A stretch of 63,670 nt of DNA, filler included, from Octopus bimaculoides (taxonomy: Eukaryota), in NCBI RefSeq assembly GCF_001194135.2. It is 7 parts of 7 records of this genome, joined end to end, with 100 filler letters (N's around TTAATTAATTAA, not from the genome) between each part and the next. Parts side by side here need not be neighbours in the genome. Positions count along the whole stretch, not along the records: positions 28,174 to 41,230 come from NC_068982.1; positions 41,331 to 53,456 come from NC_069003.1; 5 more parts are not named here. One strand, written 5' to 3'. How positions within the stretch are numbered: position 1 is the first letter of the stretch; every line of letters begins with the position of its first letter. Shown here piece after piece: positions 39,115 to 51,612 of the stretch. The position numbers and the translations under genes are program-made. The notes beneath the pieces are model-generated. The model was not told the DNA's origin, did no database searches, and saw only the letters and a program-made list of their open reading frames with translations.

Positions 39115-39959
39115 GTGCCTCTGGTATAATATTAAGAACTTTTTCATTTATTGCAAGACAGTCAGAATTTTTAGGAGATAAAATTACTTGCTTTTCCATT
39201 TCTTCTGGTGTGCAGTTGTTGAAAATTTCTGGGTACAAATGTACAAATTGAAATGTAAAATAAGGAAATAATAAATAGATTTATACATGAAAGTTTGTAA
39301 TTGAGTTTATTTCCACCACGTGACTCTTATTATTTCAAACATGTTTAAACTAACCTATAAAATACACACACTCAGAAATACATTCATATATATATATGTC
39401 TTGAGTTGTAGCTGTAATTCAAAGGGGCCAGCCGTGTCAAATTCTGTGTGAGGCTGAATATCCCAGAGAACTGCGTTAATGTTATGCATGTCTGTGGAGT
39501 ACTCAGCCATTTGTAAATTTTATCCTTGTGTGGTAAAAGTGAAATTGACAGCCAATATTTGCTGTGTCTATATATCTGTAAACTTTTCTTTGAATTTATG
39601 TATCTACTGTCTTTCTCACTTTCCTTCTATCTCTTTCGCTTCCTTTGTGTCACTCTTCTCTCCCACTTTTGATTTAACTACGTGTATATGTATCTACTTC
39701 TCCTGCGATGTGATAAACGAAATGAATACTGTCACCACTCACTGTCTCTTTCACTCTCCCTCTCTTTCTTTCCCTCTTACATCCTCTCTGAAACATTTAA
39801 AAACAAAATGAATGCTGTCACCACTCACTGTCTCTCTCACTTTCTCTCTTACTTCCTCTCTGTCCTCATCTCTTTAGCTTTGCCATTTCAAAGAAGTGTG
39901 ACGCACACAACAGGTATGTACAAAAACAAAAAGTTAGCTTACTAATATCATTGATATAT

Positions 39960-40002
<43 letters not shown>

Positions 40003-40209
40003 TATGTATATATTAATATTATTTCGGTTTAAAAAAACCTTGACAATGTAAATATGTTAATAGTTACCATGGGTACCAAAATCACACAAAAATACCAGGA
40101 TATCACACCCGTCTTATAGGTAGAGATACCAAGTTAAAGCGATGTGTTTTGAGTAGATAGGAATAATAATAATATATGGAGCAAAACGCATATAAACAAA
40201 AGTTCCTTT

Positions 40210-40300
40210 AATTCCTACATATGTTTCAAAATATATGTGCACTCTACTCCAAAGAAGTAAGAGGTGCTGGAATTGCACATATATTCATCGTCAGGGAACC
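40210..40300 (-). ncRNA. Type I hammerhead, 60-nt stem II, palindromic ACATATGT stem III
   Basis: ggttcc CTGACGA t gaatatatgtgca...tgcacatatattt t GAAAC atat GTA ggaatt, with a 13-bp outer stem II helix. Confidence 0.88.
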
Positions 40301-41330
40301 AACATATAGAAGCAAGACAAATGTGAAATGATAAGGTTACTTACGAGTTATAATATTATGTGGCCAAGAAAGTGACCGTTAGAAATAAGAACGCTGGTTT
40401 ATGTAGAGTTATACCGGGAGGGAGGCTGTAAATGTTATACTAAAGGTTTAAATTAAATGATTAAAATAGGGGAAGGCAAAATGGACCACAGTAAAGTAAA
40501 CAAACGCTGTAAGGTATAAGCTAAACAATATGTGGAAGAAGGGAGAGAATCCAGAGAGTTCATCGTATATAATAATTTCTCCTTAAGGAAAAAAATAATA
40601 ACACTGATTTGAAGCGAAGAATGTAAATAAGATAAATAAAGCATCATAGCCTTGTAATATAAACACTTGGCTCTAAACACTTTAGCAAAAACAAAAATCT
40701 TTATTTATTCAACCACAGTAATACTGTAACTAGATCTGATGATAATATCTGGCTCATCCTCCCATTTGGGAAGCAGTATGTTATTATTTTTAATATTTTT
40801 AATATAATCTTAAACAATATCTATTACTGCCTCCATCGCCATTTGTCTTTTATTTTCCCCTTCTATAGTTGGTTAAGTAAATCCTTCCCAGTAATGTTAT
40901 ATGAGTTGTGTTTGTACCATTAGTAACTTTAATAAATATACCTGATATTCTCCTTGTAAGCATGTATATTATTATTATTATTTTTCAACAAAATATCCTG
41001 TACCTTGTTTTACCATTAATTTGCGATAATATCCATATATTAATATATTACAAGGCTTTGATGTTTTATTTATTATATTTACATTCTTCGTTATTATATT
41101 TACATTATTCACCAAATCTCTTGATTTTGTTTTTGGTTTTTACCCTACCAAATTCTGGTGCCTCAAACATTTTAAGTACCACATTTAATTTTTTGATTAA
41201 ATCTATATTATTATTATGTGTATATATATANNNNNNNNNNNNNNNNNNNNNNNNNNNNNNNNNNNNNNNNNNNNTTAATTAATTAANNNNNNNNNNNNNN
41301 NNNNNNNNNNNNNNNNNNNNNNNNNNNNNN

Positions 41331-41368
<38 letters not shown>

Positions 41369-41910
41369 GTGTGCATATGTATATGTACATATATTTACGT
41401 TTATGCATGTACACCTATGCATATGTATTTGTATGTATGCATGTGTGTACATAGATAAATATTGAAAGAATGAATGACACAGATACGTGTGTTCGGATGA
41501 AAATGCATGTATAATTACGTGCATCCGTACGGGTTGAGGAATGAGAAGAAAAAAAGACTCATTAAAACTGCTGATTGGGTAATTTGTAAACAGAGTGAAA
41601 TACTGAAACGGGTCACTAGATTCACTCGTCTAAATTTAGCTTTTCAACATTCGTCACACCACAACGCTCACAACTCACAAAGCCCACAGCCATTTCCCAT
41701 TTAAAACTCCAAGGGTTAACATACAGGTGCAGGACGTCCGTTCAAGCGACTATCCTTAACCAAGACACCTGGGAAGCAATTACAACTACTAATCCTGCAC
41801 AATACTAAAGGACACATTCGTGCATCACACGGCCTGCACGGCTCCCTTATCTCTCAGTTTTGAAGTTGGTCTTCCAAGCGATACTCTTCTCATTTGTGGA
41901 TTTCTCTTAC

Positions 41911-42078
41911 CTGGTACTCATCAACCAAGACCACTCAGTAAGTAGAACTCCTGCTGGTAATGATTCTGTAATCGCTGCATGTTCGGCTTCCAATTCCACA
42001 CTGCACGTTTCTCTTCTTTGCTCCATCGGTTCCACCATGATATATACTCATTCGCCGGGCGTGGAAACTTCTTTAATC
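41911..42078 (-). other. Candidate 168-nt exon, possibly containing a start codon (MVEPMEQRRETCSVELEAEH...)
   Basis: Acceptor ccttatttgtttcag|G and donor CAG|GTAAGA in unique-looking sequence. An atcATGg frame is open to the donor. No homology recognised. Confidence 0.3.
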
Positions 42079-42149
42079 CTGAAACAAATAAGGAATCTTT
42101 TTTATAGTCGTTCGATTTGCTAGAAATCAGGGCCGTCTTAGTAGCATTT

Positions 42150-42244
42150 ATCTGTAAAAATATGTGACAATCATTCGGTAGCCATGATAAAACTCCGGCA
42201 TCCGAGACTCGGAGTTTTATCATGGCTACCGATTAATTGTCACA
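42150..42244. mobile_element. Foldback/palindromic MITE-like element
   Basis: ~35-bp arms tgtgacaa...ggtagccatgataaaactccg / cggagttttatcatggctacc...ttgtcaca. Confidence 0.8.
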
Positions 42245-42330
42245 GTTGAGCACTGAGGCCGATGTAATCGACTTACTCCCTCCCCCTGAAATTGCTGGCC
42301 TTGTGGCAAAACTTGAAATTATTATTATTA

Positions 42331-42390
<60 letters not shown>

Positions 42391-43032
42391 GCTGTTGTTG
42401 TTGTTTAGCCTTAAAAGCGTTCCAGCTGTGATCACCCTTTCGTTTCTATATCACCGACTACGTCCTTTCAATCTGTCCTTCTCTAAGATGGCCAAATTTG
42501 GTTTGTTGGAACTTTGGCTGTTATTTCTAACACATTGAACTACCATCAAGAGAAGTTCTTCGTTCGATGTCTGTTGTTGTTGTTGTTGTTGTTGTTGATG
42601 TTGATGTTGTTACTTAGTTCATGTCAGCTCTTTATCGTTCCGACCCTATGATGAATTTCAGCCAGAGTCTCCGCATCTTTGTTTTACTGCTGCTGCTGTT
42701 GTCCTGGGTGCTGCTAGGTCTGTTCTGATCCAGTTAAATTAGCTAAGCAAACGATTCTGCGTCGATTTCGACGATCACTATTCAGTTATTCAATCTATTG
42801 AATTTGATACTCATTGAATTAAAGGTTAGCCAGCCGGAATAAAACATGCTTAGCTGCATTTCTTCGGCTCTTTACGTCTCTGTCTGTCTGTCTGTCTGTA
42901 TATATGTATGTATTATAGATTTTTCTGCTTCAAGATTCACTTTTCCAAAATAGAATTATTTTACTATATATATATATACATATATCTGGGTGTCTTATGA
43001 TACATATATATATTTATGATATATATATATAT

Positions 43033-43148
43033 ATCTGTAAAAATATGTGACAATTATTTGGTAGCCATGATAAAACTCCGAGTTTCGGATGCCGGAGTTT
43101 TATCGTTTTATCATGGCTACCGAATAACTGTCACATATCTTTACAGAT
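43033..43148. mobile_element. Second, complete copy of the foldback MITE beside (TA)n
   Basis: atctgtaaaaatatgtgaca...tgtcacatatctttacagat; the loop is inverted relative to the 42150 copy. Confidence 0.8.
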
Positions 43149-45102
43149 AAATTCCTCTATTTACATAATATCGAGGTCTCTTTCTTTCTTTTGTTGTTCT
43201 TTCTANNNNNNNNNNNNNNNNNNNNNNNNNNNNNNNNNNNNNNNNNNNNNNNNNNNNNNNNNNNNNNNNNNNNNNNNNNNNNNNNNNNNNNNNNNNNNNN
43301 NNNNNNNNNNNNNNNNNNNNNNNNNNNNNNNNNNNNNNNNNNNNNNNNNNNNNNNNNNNNNNNNNNNNNNNNNNNNNNNNNNNNNNNNNNNNNNNNNNNN
43401 NNNNNNNNNNNNNNNNNNNNNNNNNNNNNNNNNNNNNNNNNNNNNNNNNNNNNNNNNNNNNNNNNNNNNNNNNNNNNNNNNNNNNNNNNNNNNNNNNNNN
43501 NNNNNNNNNNNNNNNNNNNNNNNNNNNNNNNNNNNNNNNNNNNNNNNNNNNNNNNNNNNNNNNNNNNNNNNNNNNNNNNNNNNNNNNNNNNNNNNNNNNN
43601 NNNNNNNNNNNNNNNNNNNNNNNNNNNNNNNNNNNNNNNNNNNNNNNNNNNNNNNNNNNNNNNNNNNNNNNNNNNNNNNNNNNNNNNNNNNNNNNNNNNN
43701 NNNNNNNNNNNNNNNNNNNNNNNNNNNNNNTATATATGTCTCTCTGTCTGTCTGTCTTTATGAGGAGATGCTCAAATGCAGATGAAGCTATATGTAAGGA
43801 TTCCCTAATAATCGGATAAAGATTATCCCTTTGACGTGGGAAAAGTGAACAAAATCATAGACTGGGATCGGCAGACACCTGGTTCAATTCCTGCACGTAA
43901 TTCTGTCCACTTTATTCTGTCTAAGAGTATTTTAAAATCGATTTATGAGTTAATACTGTTTATCGCTCCATCTACATTTCAGTAACTTCGTAAAGAACAT
44001 TATTTTCAAATTTCTTAATGCTTGCTTCCATCCATCCATCCATCCCATGCATACATGAGTGCACTCACACAAACATATTTATATTCTGTTCAACGACATC
44101 CAACAAATTATCTCCCTCTTTTTAACCTCTTTTGCTATTCATAAAATACACGAAAAACACAAGAGCTAACTGTTGTGTCTAGCTGCAGTCACTGATTTAA
44201 TCGCAGCCATTGTTGCTGTTGCTGTTGTTTTGTTGCCGGTCGTCTTTGGTCGGGCTGATACATGATCCCATTTATTTCTATTTCAGGGTCTACAATATCC
44301 AATGCCCTTTATCTACTAATTTGGCATGGTGTGTTGTTTGAGAGAAATTCGTTTGCTATTTCTAACAGATTGACCGACCACATAGAGGCTCCAGCTTTAG
44401 TTTATCGCTTGACTTAGTCAACAACCACTGAATTTGTGATATGAACACCATAATAATAATTATTATTATTAACATATATTTTTATTTCAGTAATTAACTA
44501 CATTTGTGTAATTTATCTTGTTTTTCAGCACGACTTTCCAAGTGAAGCTTTTAATTATTTTCATCCCCCAATTAAAACCAGACCATAATTACTTGAACAT
44601 CCTGAGTATTTATGTCAGTTATTTTATTTTTTTCAGCAATTATACACTAATACTATTTGCAGTGTAGTGTTGTAATAATTTGGTTAATATTATTCATTTG
44701 TTTGTCTTTTATGGTGTCTTTGTTCCAATTAGTTATAACTAATTTTTGATGTTGCTTTTGTCATCGTTCTTGTTCTTGTTCTTGTTGTAATTCAACTAAC
44801 GCTTTAGCTAGTAAACTTACGTAGATTGCAGTGATGTTCCCTTCATTTTAGTTGCACTAATCTCTTGTAAACGACTTTTAGTGATTTTTACTGACATCTC
44901 CAAATCTCCTTAAGAAACCACCGACAATTGCTTTCCATCATAGGTGAAAGGGTAATAAAATAAAATTAAAATAATATTAATAATAATAATAATAAGAAGA
45001 AGAAACCAATTTACGTATTGTAACTTACAATAAATATCAAATAAATATATAAAAAAATAATTGGGTTTTTATTATTATTATTATTATTTTTATTTTATTT
45101 TA

Positions 45103-45230
45103 GACCTGACGAGTGACTATATTTTTGAATAGATTTAATTATAGATCAATTTGATTATTAATAGAATTAATAATCGAATTGGTTTTATAAGTTATCTATT
45201 TGAAAATATTGTTACGAAACGTGCGTAGTC
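45103..45230 (+). ncRNA. Type I hammerhead ribozyme with a 103-nt stem II hairpin
   Basis: gac CTGACGA(45106-12); stem II 45113-45215 (~45 bp, closed by G-C); GAAAC(45216-20) gtgc GTA(45225-27) gtc. Confidence 0.85.
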
Positions 45231-46130
45231 ATTCTTATACCGTTTATTAGTTGTTTTTTATGTACTTTATTGTATTTTTAGAATAAGGTGTTTATGATAT
45301 ATTTATTTTCTGGAGGGTATGAATTATATTCTTCATTACTGAATTATTTAATAGTGTTTTTCCCCCTAAATTATATATATATATATNNNNNNNNNNNNNN
45401 NNNNNNNNNNNNNNNNNNNNNNNNNNNNNNNNNNNNNNNNNNNNNNNNNNNNNNNNNNNNNNNNNNNNNNNNNNNNNNNNNNNNNNNNNNNNNNNNNNNN
45501 NNNNNNNNNNNNNNNNNNNNNNNNNNNNNNNNNNNNNNNNNNNNNNNNNNNNNNNNNNNNNNNNNNNNNNNNNNNNNNNNNNNNNNNNNNNNNNNNNNNN
45601 NNNNNNNNNNNNNNNNNNNNNNNNNNNNNNNNNNNNNNNNNNNNNNNNNNNNNNNNNNNNNNNNNNNNNNNNNNNNNNNNNNNNNNNNNNNNNNNNNNNN
45701 NNNNNNNNNNNNNNNNNNNNNNNNNNNNNNNNNNNNNNNNNNNNNNNNNNNNNNNNNNNNNNNNNNNNNNNNNNNNNNNNNNNNNNNNNNNNNNNNNNNN
45801 NNNNNNNNNNNNNNNNNNNNNNNNNNNNNNNNNNNNNNNNNNNNNNNNNNNNNNNNNNNNNNNNNNNNNNNNNNNNNNNNNNNNNNNNNNNNNNNNNNNN
45901 NNNNNNNNNNNNNNNNNNNNNNNNNNNNNNNNNNNNNNNNNNNNNNNNNNNNNNNNNNNNNNNNNNNNNNNNNNNNNNNNNNNNNNNNNNNNNNNNNNNN
46001 NNNNNNNNNNNNNNNNNNNNNNNNNNNNNNNNNNNNNNNNNNCCTTCCTACCTACCTACCTACCTACCTACATACATACATACATACATACATGCGTACA
46101 TACATACCTATATGCATACACACGTACGCA

Positions 46131-46162
<32 letters not shown>

Positions 46163-46601
46163 CTTACCTACCTACCCACCCACCTACCCACCTACCCACC
46201 AACCTACCTACCTACCTACCTACCTACTTACCTCTCTCCCTCCCTCACATACACATATAACCACTCCCATTATTTAATTGTTGAAGACTTTACAACCCAT
46301 TAACATTATCTAGTTTTTTAACAGTGCTGATCTGAGAAACATTCTATCGACGCCATATTGAAAACTGAAGGCAGAGCGAAGCATTGACCTTCCACAACTA
46401 TCTAAAATACATCTTATATATTTATATGAATATATACAGTCATTACCTATCGATACACACAACAAACTTTAAAAATGACCATCTCAACGGTATGTAATAA
46501 ATATATTGAATATATACATATACGCTAACATATTAACCCCCTCCCGTTTTATCATTATTTTTATTAATAATAATAATAATAATGACGGTAATGATGATAT
46601 G

Positions 46602-46652
<51 letters not shown>

Positions 46653-46657
<5 letters not shown>

Positions 46658-46940
46658 TCTAAAAACAGAAACAATTCCTATCATAGTAGGTATAATAAAA
46701 AAATATTCAGACAAATACATAGCAAAAACACCAGGACTTACAAATATATATAACATACAGAAAATTGCACTACTGGGCACTGCACACATCCTACGCAAAA
46801 CACTTTCAATACAGTAACCATAAGAGCATCACAGCAAACCACAGTACATACCCAAGGCACACAGAGCTGCGCTCGGTAGTGAAGTGAAAGCACGTTATAA
46901 AAAATAAAACTACTGAACAATAATAATAATAATAATAATA
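46653..46940 (+). mobile_element. 5'-truncated R4/Dong-like LINE 3' end embedded in (TAA)n
   Basis: TIPIIVG...IQKIALLGTAHILRKTLSIQ*, the typical RLE-LINE C-terminus, then a ~100-nt 3' UTR. (AAT)n lies on both sides. Confidence 0.8.
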
Positions 46941-47025
46941 ACGACAACAATAATAATGATAATTACGGAGCTGTACTTGTATAGCAAGTGAGCTGACCTG
47001 AGATCGTGTGCTGGAACGAAAACAA

Positions 47026-47236
47026 TTGCAGCGTGGAAGGTGTTTATAAGCCATTTAAGAAACACAAAAACCGTTCACTGACAAAATTCCCACAGAATTT
47101 TGTCAGTGAATTTTGTCAGGTGGCGGTCTCAAAACGACGAAAATATTTTGGCAAATTAAATTTAAATGTTGAAGTGAATCTAATAACGGTTTTTGCGTGT
47201 TTCTTAAATGGCTTATAAACACCTTCCACGCTGCAA
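47026..47236. repeat. Nested inverted repeat: 50/52-bp arms plus an internal 14-bp perfect hairpin
   Basis: Arms 47026-47075 and 47185-47236 are identical apart from a 2-nt indel; cactgacaaaattc-ccaca-gaattttgtcagtg at 47076-47108. Confidence 0.9.
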
Positions 47237-47258
47237 TAACAACAACAACAACAACAAC

Positions 47259-47311
<53 letters not shown>

Positions 47312-47652
47312 TAATGGTTTCTTTTACTGGCCACAAGGGCCCAAGACATGGAGGAGGATATTAAAGGATGAGATGCAACTTTAAAGGAAGTAACAAAGGA
47401 TATACAAATAGAAGCTAGAGAAATGAATAATTAATACATAGAATCTCCAATAGGAGGGCAGTCCACTTTGGGTAATTCAGGGAAAACCCCACACAAAAGT
47501 TCCGGATTACTCTGCCATCCCTAAGGCATGAAAAGTGCTATCTTGCTGTTTCTTTTCTCCTACTTGGAAAAGCGTACTCAGAGTAGATCTATTCAGTTTC
47601 ACCTGTCTTGCCTCTTTCGTCCATCTTTTCATAAGCACGCCAGAAGGCAGCA

Positions 47653-47691
<39 letters not shown>

Positions 47692-47752
47692 GTCCTCACC
47701 TTCCTCTTCAAACGATAGTAATAATAATAGCCTGAAACTATCAAATGTCAAC

Positions 47753-47789
<37 letters not shown>

Positions 47790-48318
47790 CCTTTCTACGA
47801 TAGGCCCAAAGCCTGAAATTGTGGGGGAGGGAGTTAGTCGATTACATCGACCCCAGTGCGTAACTGGTACTTATTTCATCGACCCCGAAAGAATGAAAGG
47901 CAAATTCGACCACGGCGGATTTTGAACTCAGAACGTAAGGACGGACGAAATACCACTATGCGTTTCGTCCGGCGTGCTAACGATTCTGCCAGTTCGCAGC
48001 CCTGGCTTTGATGTGATTTTAAATTTGGCTCCTCTTTGTTTGTGAGTTCAAACCCCACCTGATTCGATTTTAGCTTTCATTCTTTCATGGTCCATATAAA
48101 AACGTACCAATAATGTACTTAGAATCAGTTGACACCACCGATGATAGACATTGCAGTCCTGGTGACCCACACCAAAACTTTTAATGCTCCGTGCTGAGAT
48201 TGATAAGAACAATGAAGTCACAAGATTTCACAGAAGAAAATCGAAAATCTAAATTCATGAAAAAGATGCGTTGTAAGACGTTATCCGCCCAACACCTGGA
48301 TAATGTCGTAGTTTAAAA

Positions 48319-48689
48319 CACTGGTTCTCTACCGGGGTCCATATGGCTCCTTGTGGTCCATATGGCTCCTTGTGGTCCATATGGCTCCTTGTGGTCCATA
48401 CAAGATTTGTCTTTGGTAGTAATGGGGTGATGGAGCGGCACACAAGCAAAATAATAAATTGAGCCCTCAGTAGTATTTTAAGGATCACGAAAATTTCCGA
48501 TTTAGATGTATTTATTGCAAGAACAGATAAATTTCTTTCTATGACGTTTTACATAGCACAGTCTGCAGAAGGGAATGTATGATACGCGAAATAGGAAACG
48601 CGAAAGAATTATCTAATGGCTACAGGGATTCACCAGAATAAAACAGTAACCAAAGGGATCCATAGACAAAAAATGACTGAGAACCACTG
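48319..48689. mobile_element. hAT-type MITE with 8-bp target-site duplication
   Basis: TIRs CA(C/G)TGGTTCTC; TSD GTTTAAAA at 48311-18 and 48690-97; internal 19-bp tandem repeat x3. Confidence 0.85.
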
Positions 48690-49144
48690 GTTTAAAATAT
48701 GTATAGCATACTGTGTTGTTACATAACTAAAAGTCACTTCATATTCGGTGCTCCATGAAGTCTTGCTCAAGAATTTTGTGGGCCACCATAAGAGAGAAAA
48801 AAAGCTGTGTGTTCCTGGACTGTGCCCCTTCCATAACTATTTGTAATTTTTTGCACTGCACTGAATCTTTTGCACTGTTTGGCTTCGTTTACAAATCTTC
48901 ACTTGATTCATTTTACTCTACAACAGCGATTTTCGACCTTTATCGAATCACTGTACACTAAACGAAACGCTCAAAGTCTAAGGTTGCACCATCAGCACTT
49001 TTAATAGCTTCATATAGATGTATGTATATGTGTGTGTGTATATATTCAAATCAAATAAACGAACAATAAAATTAACAATAAGAAACAACAAGAGGACGTG
49101 CACAAGGAATGTATTAATTTGACGCTCAGTAAACAGAGAGAGTT

Positions 49145-49177
49145 TTTGACGTTTCGAGCATAGCACTTCGTCGGAAA
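49145..49177 (-). ncRNA. Decayed minimal hammerhead (U4C)
   Basis: ttt CCGACGA agtgc tat gctc GAAAC GTC aaa. Confidence 0.5.
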
Positions 49178-51392
49178 GGGAAAAAGGAAAAGTCCAAAGA
49201 AGGAAAAAATCACCAACAGCATGTTTGTAGTTACATTAGGTTGATTCTGCCCCAGGAAGCTAGCTTGTAAGGCTCAGATTCGGCCGTCTAAACCGACGAG
49301 CTAGGAGCTTGTGACGCGCCTACGAATGTTACATGGAGTCGAATTTAACTGTCTGAAGTAAAAATATATGTAACGCATTCTAACTGTGTTAAGTGCCTCT
49401 TTCTGTCATTTCTCCACTCAAAACGATTCTGTTACGCGAGGGTTGACTGTATGAAAACAACAAAGATTATTAATATCGTTCAAAATCAGAGACGGGTATC
49501 CGTATTACACTTCATAATACGAATACCCGTAATGCTCAATCTGTGGTATAGCGCGAGTGGGATCACAGAGCCTCCCTGGCCGCAAAATTGTTAGGGACTC
49601 AAAATTTCAAACGAAAAAATAAAATAGTAACGAGCCACGGGTTAGGGCCTCACCAAAACTTACTTTGTTTCCGGGCGTTGGTGGCCCAAATCCTCTTAGC
49701 TATTACTGAATTTTCCGTCTGGCCTTAGAACTGATGGTTTGCAATATCCGTTAAGTCGTCGATTCCTTTTTCTTAACAAAGAAAAGTAAAATTAAAATAA
49801 AAAACATGAAAAGAAAAGAAATCAAGAAACGAAAATCAATTTTGCCGAAGAACAGACGAAAGGTAATTTAAAAATTTAATTTCATTAACCATTTATATTA
49901 ATCAAAAATTTATCAATTAAGCATGATTAAAAATGAAGCAATCCTATTAATGAATATTTTCTATTGTTGCATGATATTGATTGTGAATAATATTTGCTGG
50001 TATTTTCTTCAATTCGGCTTCTAATTTCTTGACACGCTTCGCATGCTCGCACGCACGCATATACATACATATATACAGCGTCACAGTGATGCTATTACAT
50101 CCACTGTTAGGCTATCTCTTATTTCTAACCCTTTTCGTGATTCGATGGATATAGAGCTAACAGGGTTGAGCGGAAGAGAACAAGAACAAGAAGATTTGAT
50201 TGTTTTGTGAATATTAAGTGAATTGAAGTGTGGGGATATATTAAAGAAGATATATATATATATGTGTGTGTATGATAAAATCCATACGGGCTCCAAAGTA
50301 TAGACATCAGTTATACTTATTTCTTTATTGCCTACGGGGGGGGGGGGCTAAACATAGAGGAGACAAACAAGGACAGACAAAAGGAATTAAGTCGATTACA
50401 TCGACCCTAGTGCATAACTGGTACTTATTTAATCGATCCTAAAAGGATGAAAGGCAAAGTCGACTTCGGCGGAATTCGAACTCAGCATTTCGCCCGGCGT
50501 GCTAATGATTCTGCCAGCTCGCCGCCTTGCAACAGTTATACTCATTACTTAAGTATTTTCCACCAAAAGTGATTAAGAATTTTCATTAAATTATTAATTA
50601 ATTGGGAGCTACATTACATGCCTGTTGAGTCATAGAGTAGAGACGTAAATGTTAATTTCTGACATAATGTTTTGAAAATTTAGGTTATCGTCGCGAGTCT
50701 TGCGTTTCAAGAATTTTATTGCCTATCAGATGGTGAAAATCAACACAGAATTCCTCTGGGAGTAGTAGTTGCAAAAATTGAGTATTTATCTACACGGAAT
50801 GGATGAATATGTCGAAATATGAGTATGTATATACTCAACAAGTATCAAATGCCTTAGTCAACTTCAGAATACGTAATATATTTGTCTATTCACATGCAAA
50901 AAGCACATGACATATTTATATCTTTAGTATCATACGTATAAAACACACTAAAGCAAGAGAGGTGGATATTAACGACTCCAATGCTCGACTGGTACTTATT
51001 TTTATCGACCCCAAAAGGAGGAAAAGCAAAGTCGACCTTCGTGGAATTTGAACTCAGAACATCAGGACGGACGAAACGCCGGCGTCGGCTCCATGTGCCA
51101 TATAATTCCACACCGAAATCCAAAGTTAAATAATTTTTGGTGCTAAAAGTAAAAGAAACGTTACCGAAGTCATCCGTTCCATACCGTACATAGTATCGCA
51201 TTTCGCAAGGAATTGACATGTTCCATTAAACGCCCCCCTCCTCTCCCACTATGTATGTATGTATGTATGTATGTATGTATGTATTTATGTATGTATGTAT
51301 GCAAGTGTATGTGCGTGAATACATATGTATATGTGCGTATGTGTGTATGTGAGAATAAGTGTATGGATATGTGTATATCTTGCTCAGTGTAC

Positions 51393-51453
<61 letters not shown>

Positions 51454-51528
51454 CATCTATCTATCTATCTATCTATCTGTATACACGTACATACATATAT
51501 GTACACATAAGCATATACATGTATATAG

Positions 51529-51612
<84 letters not shown>

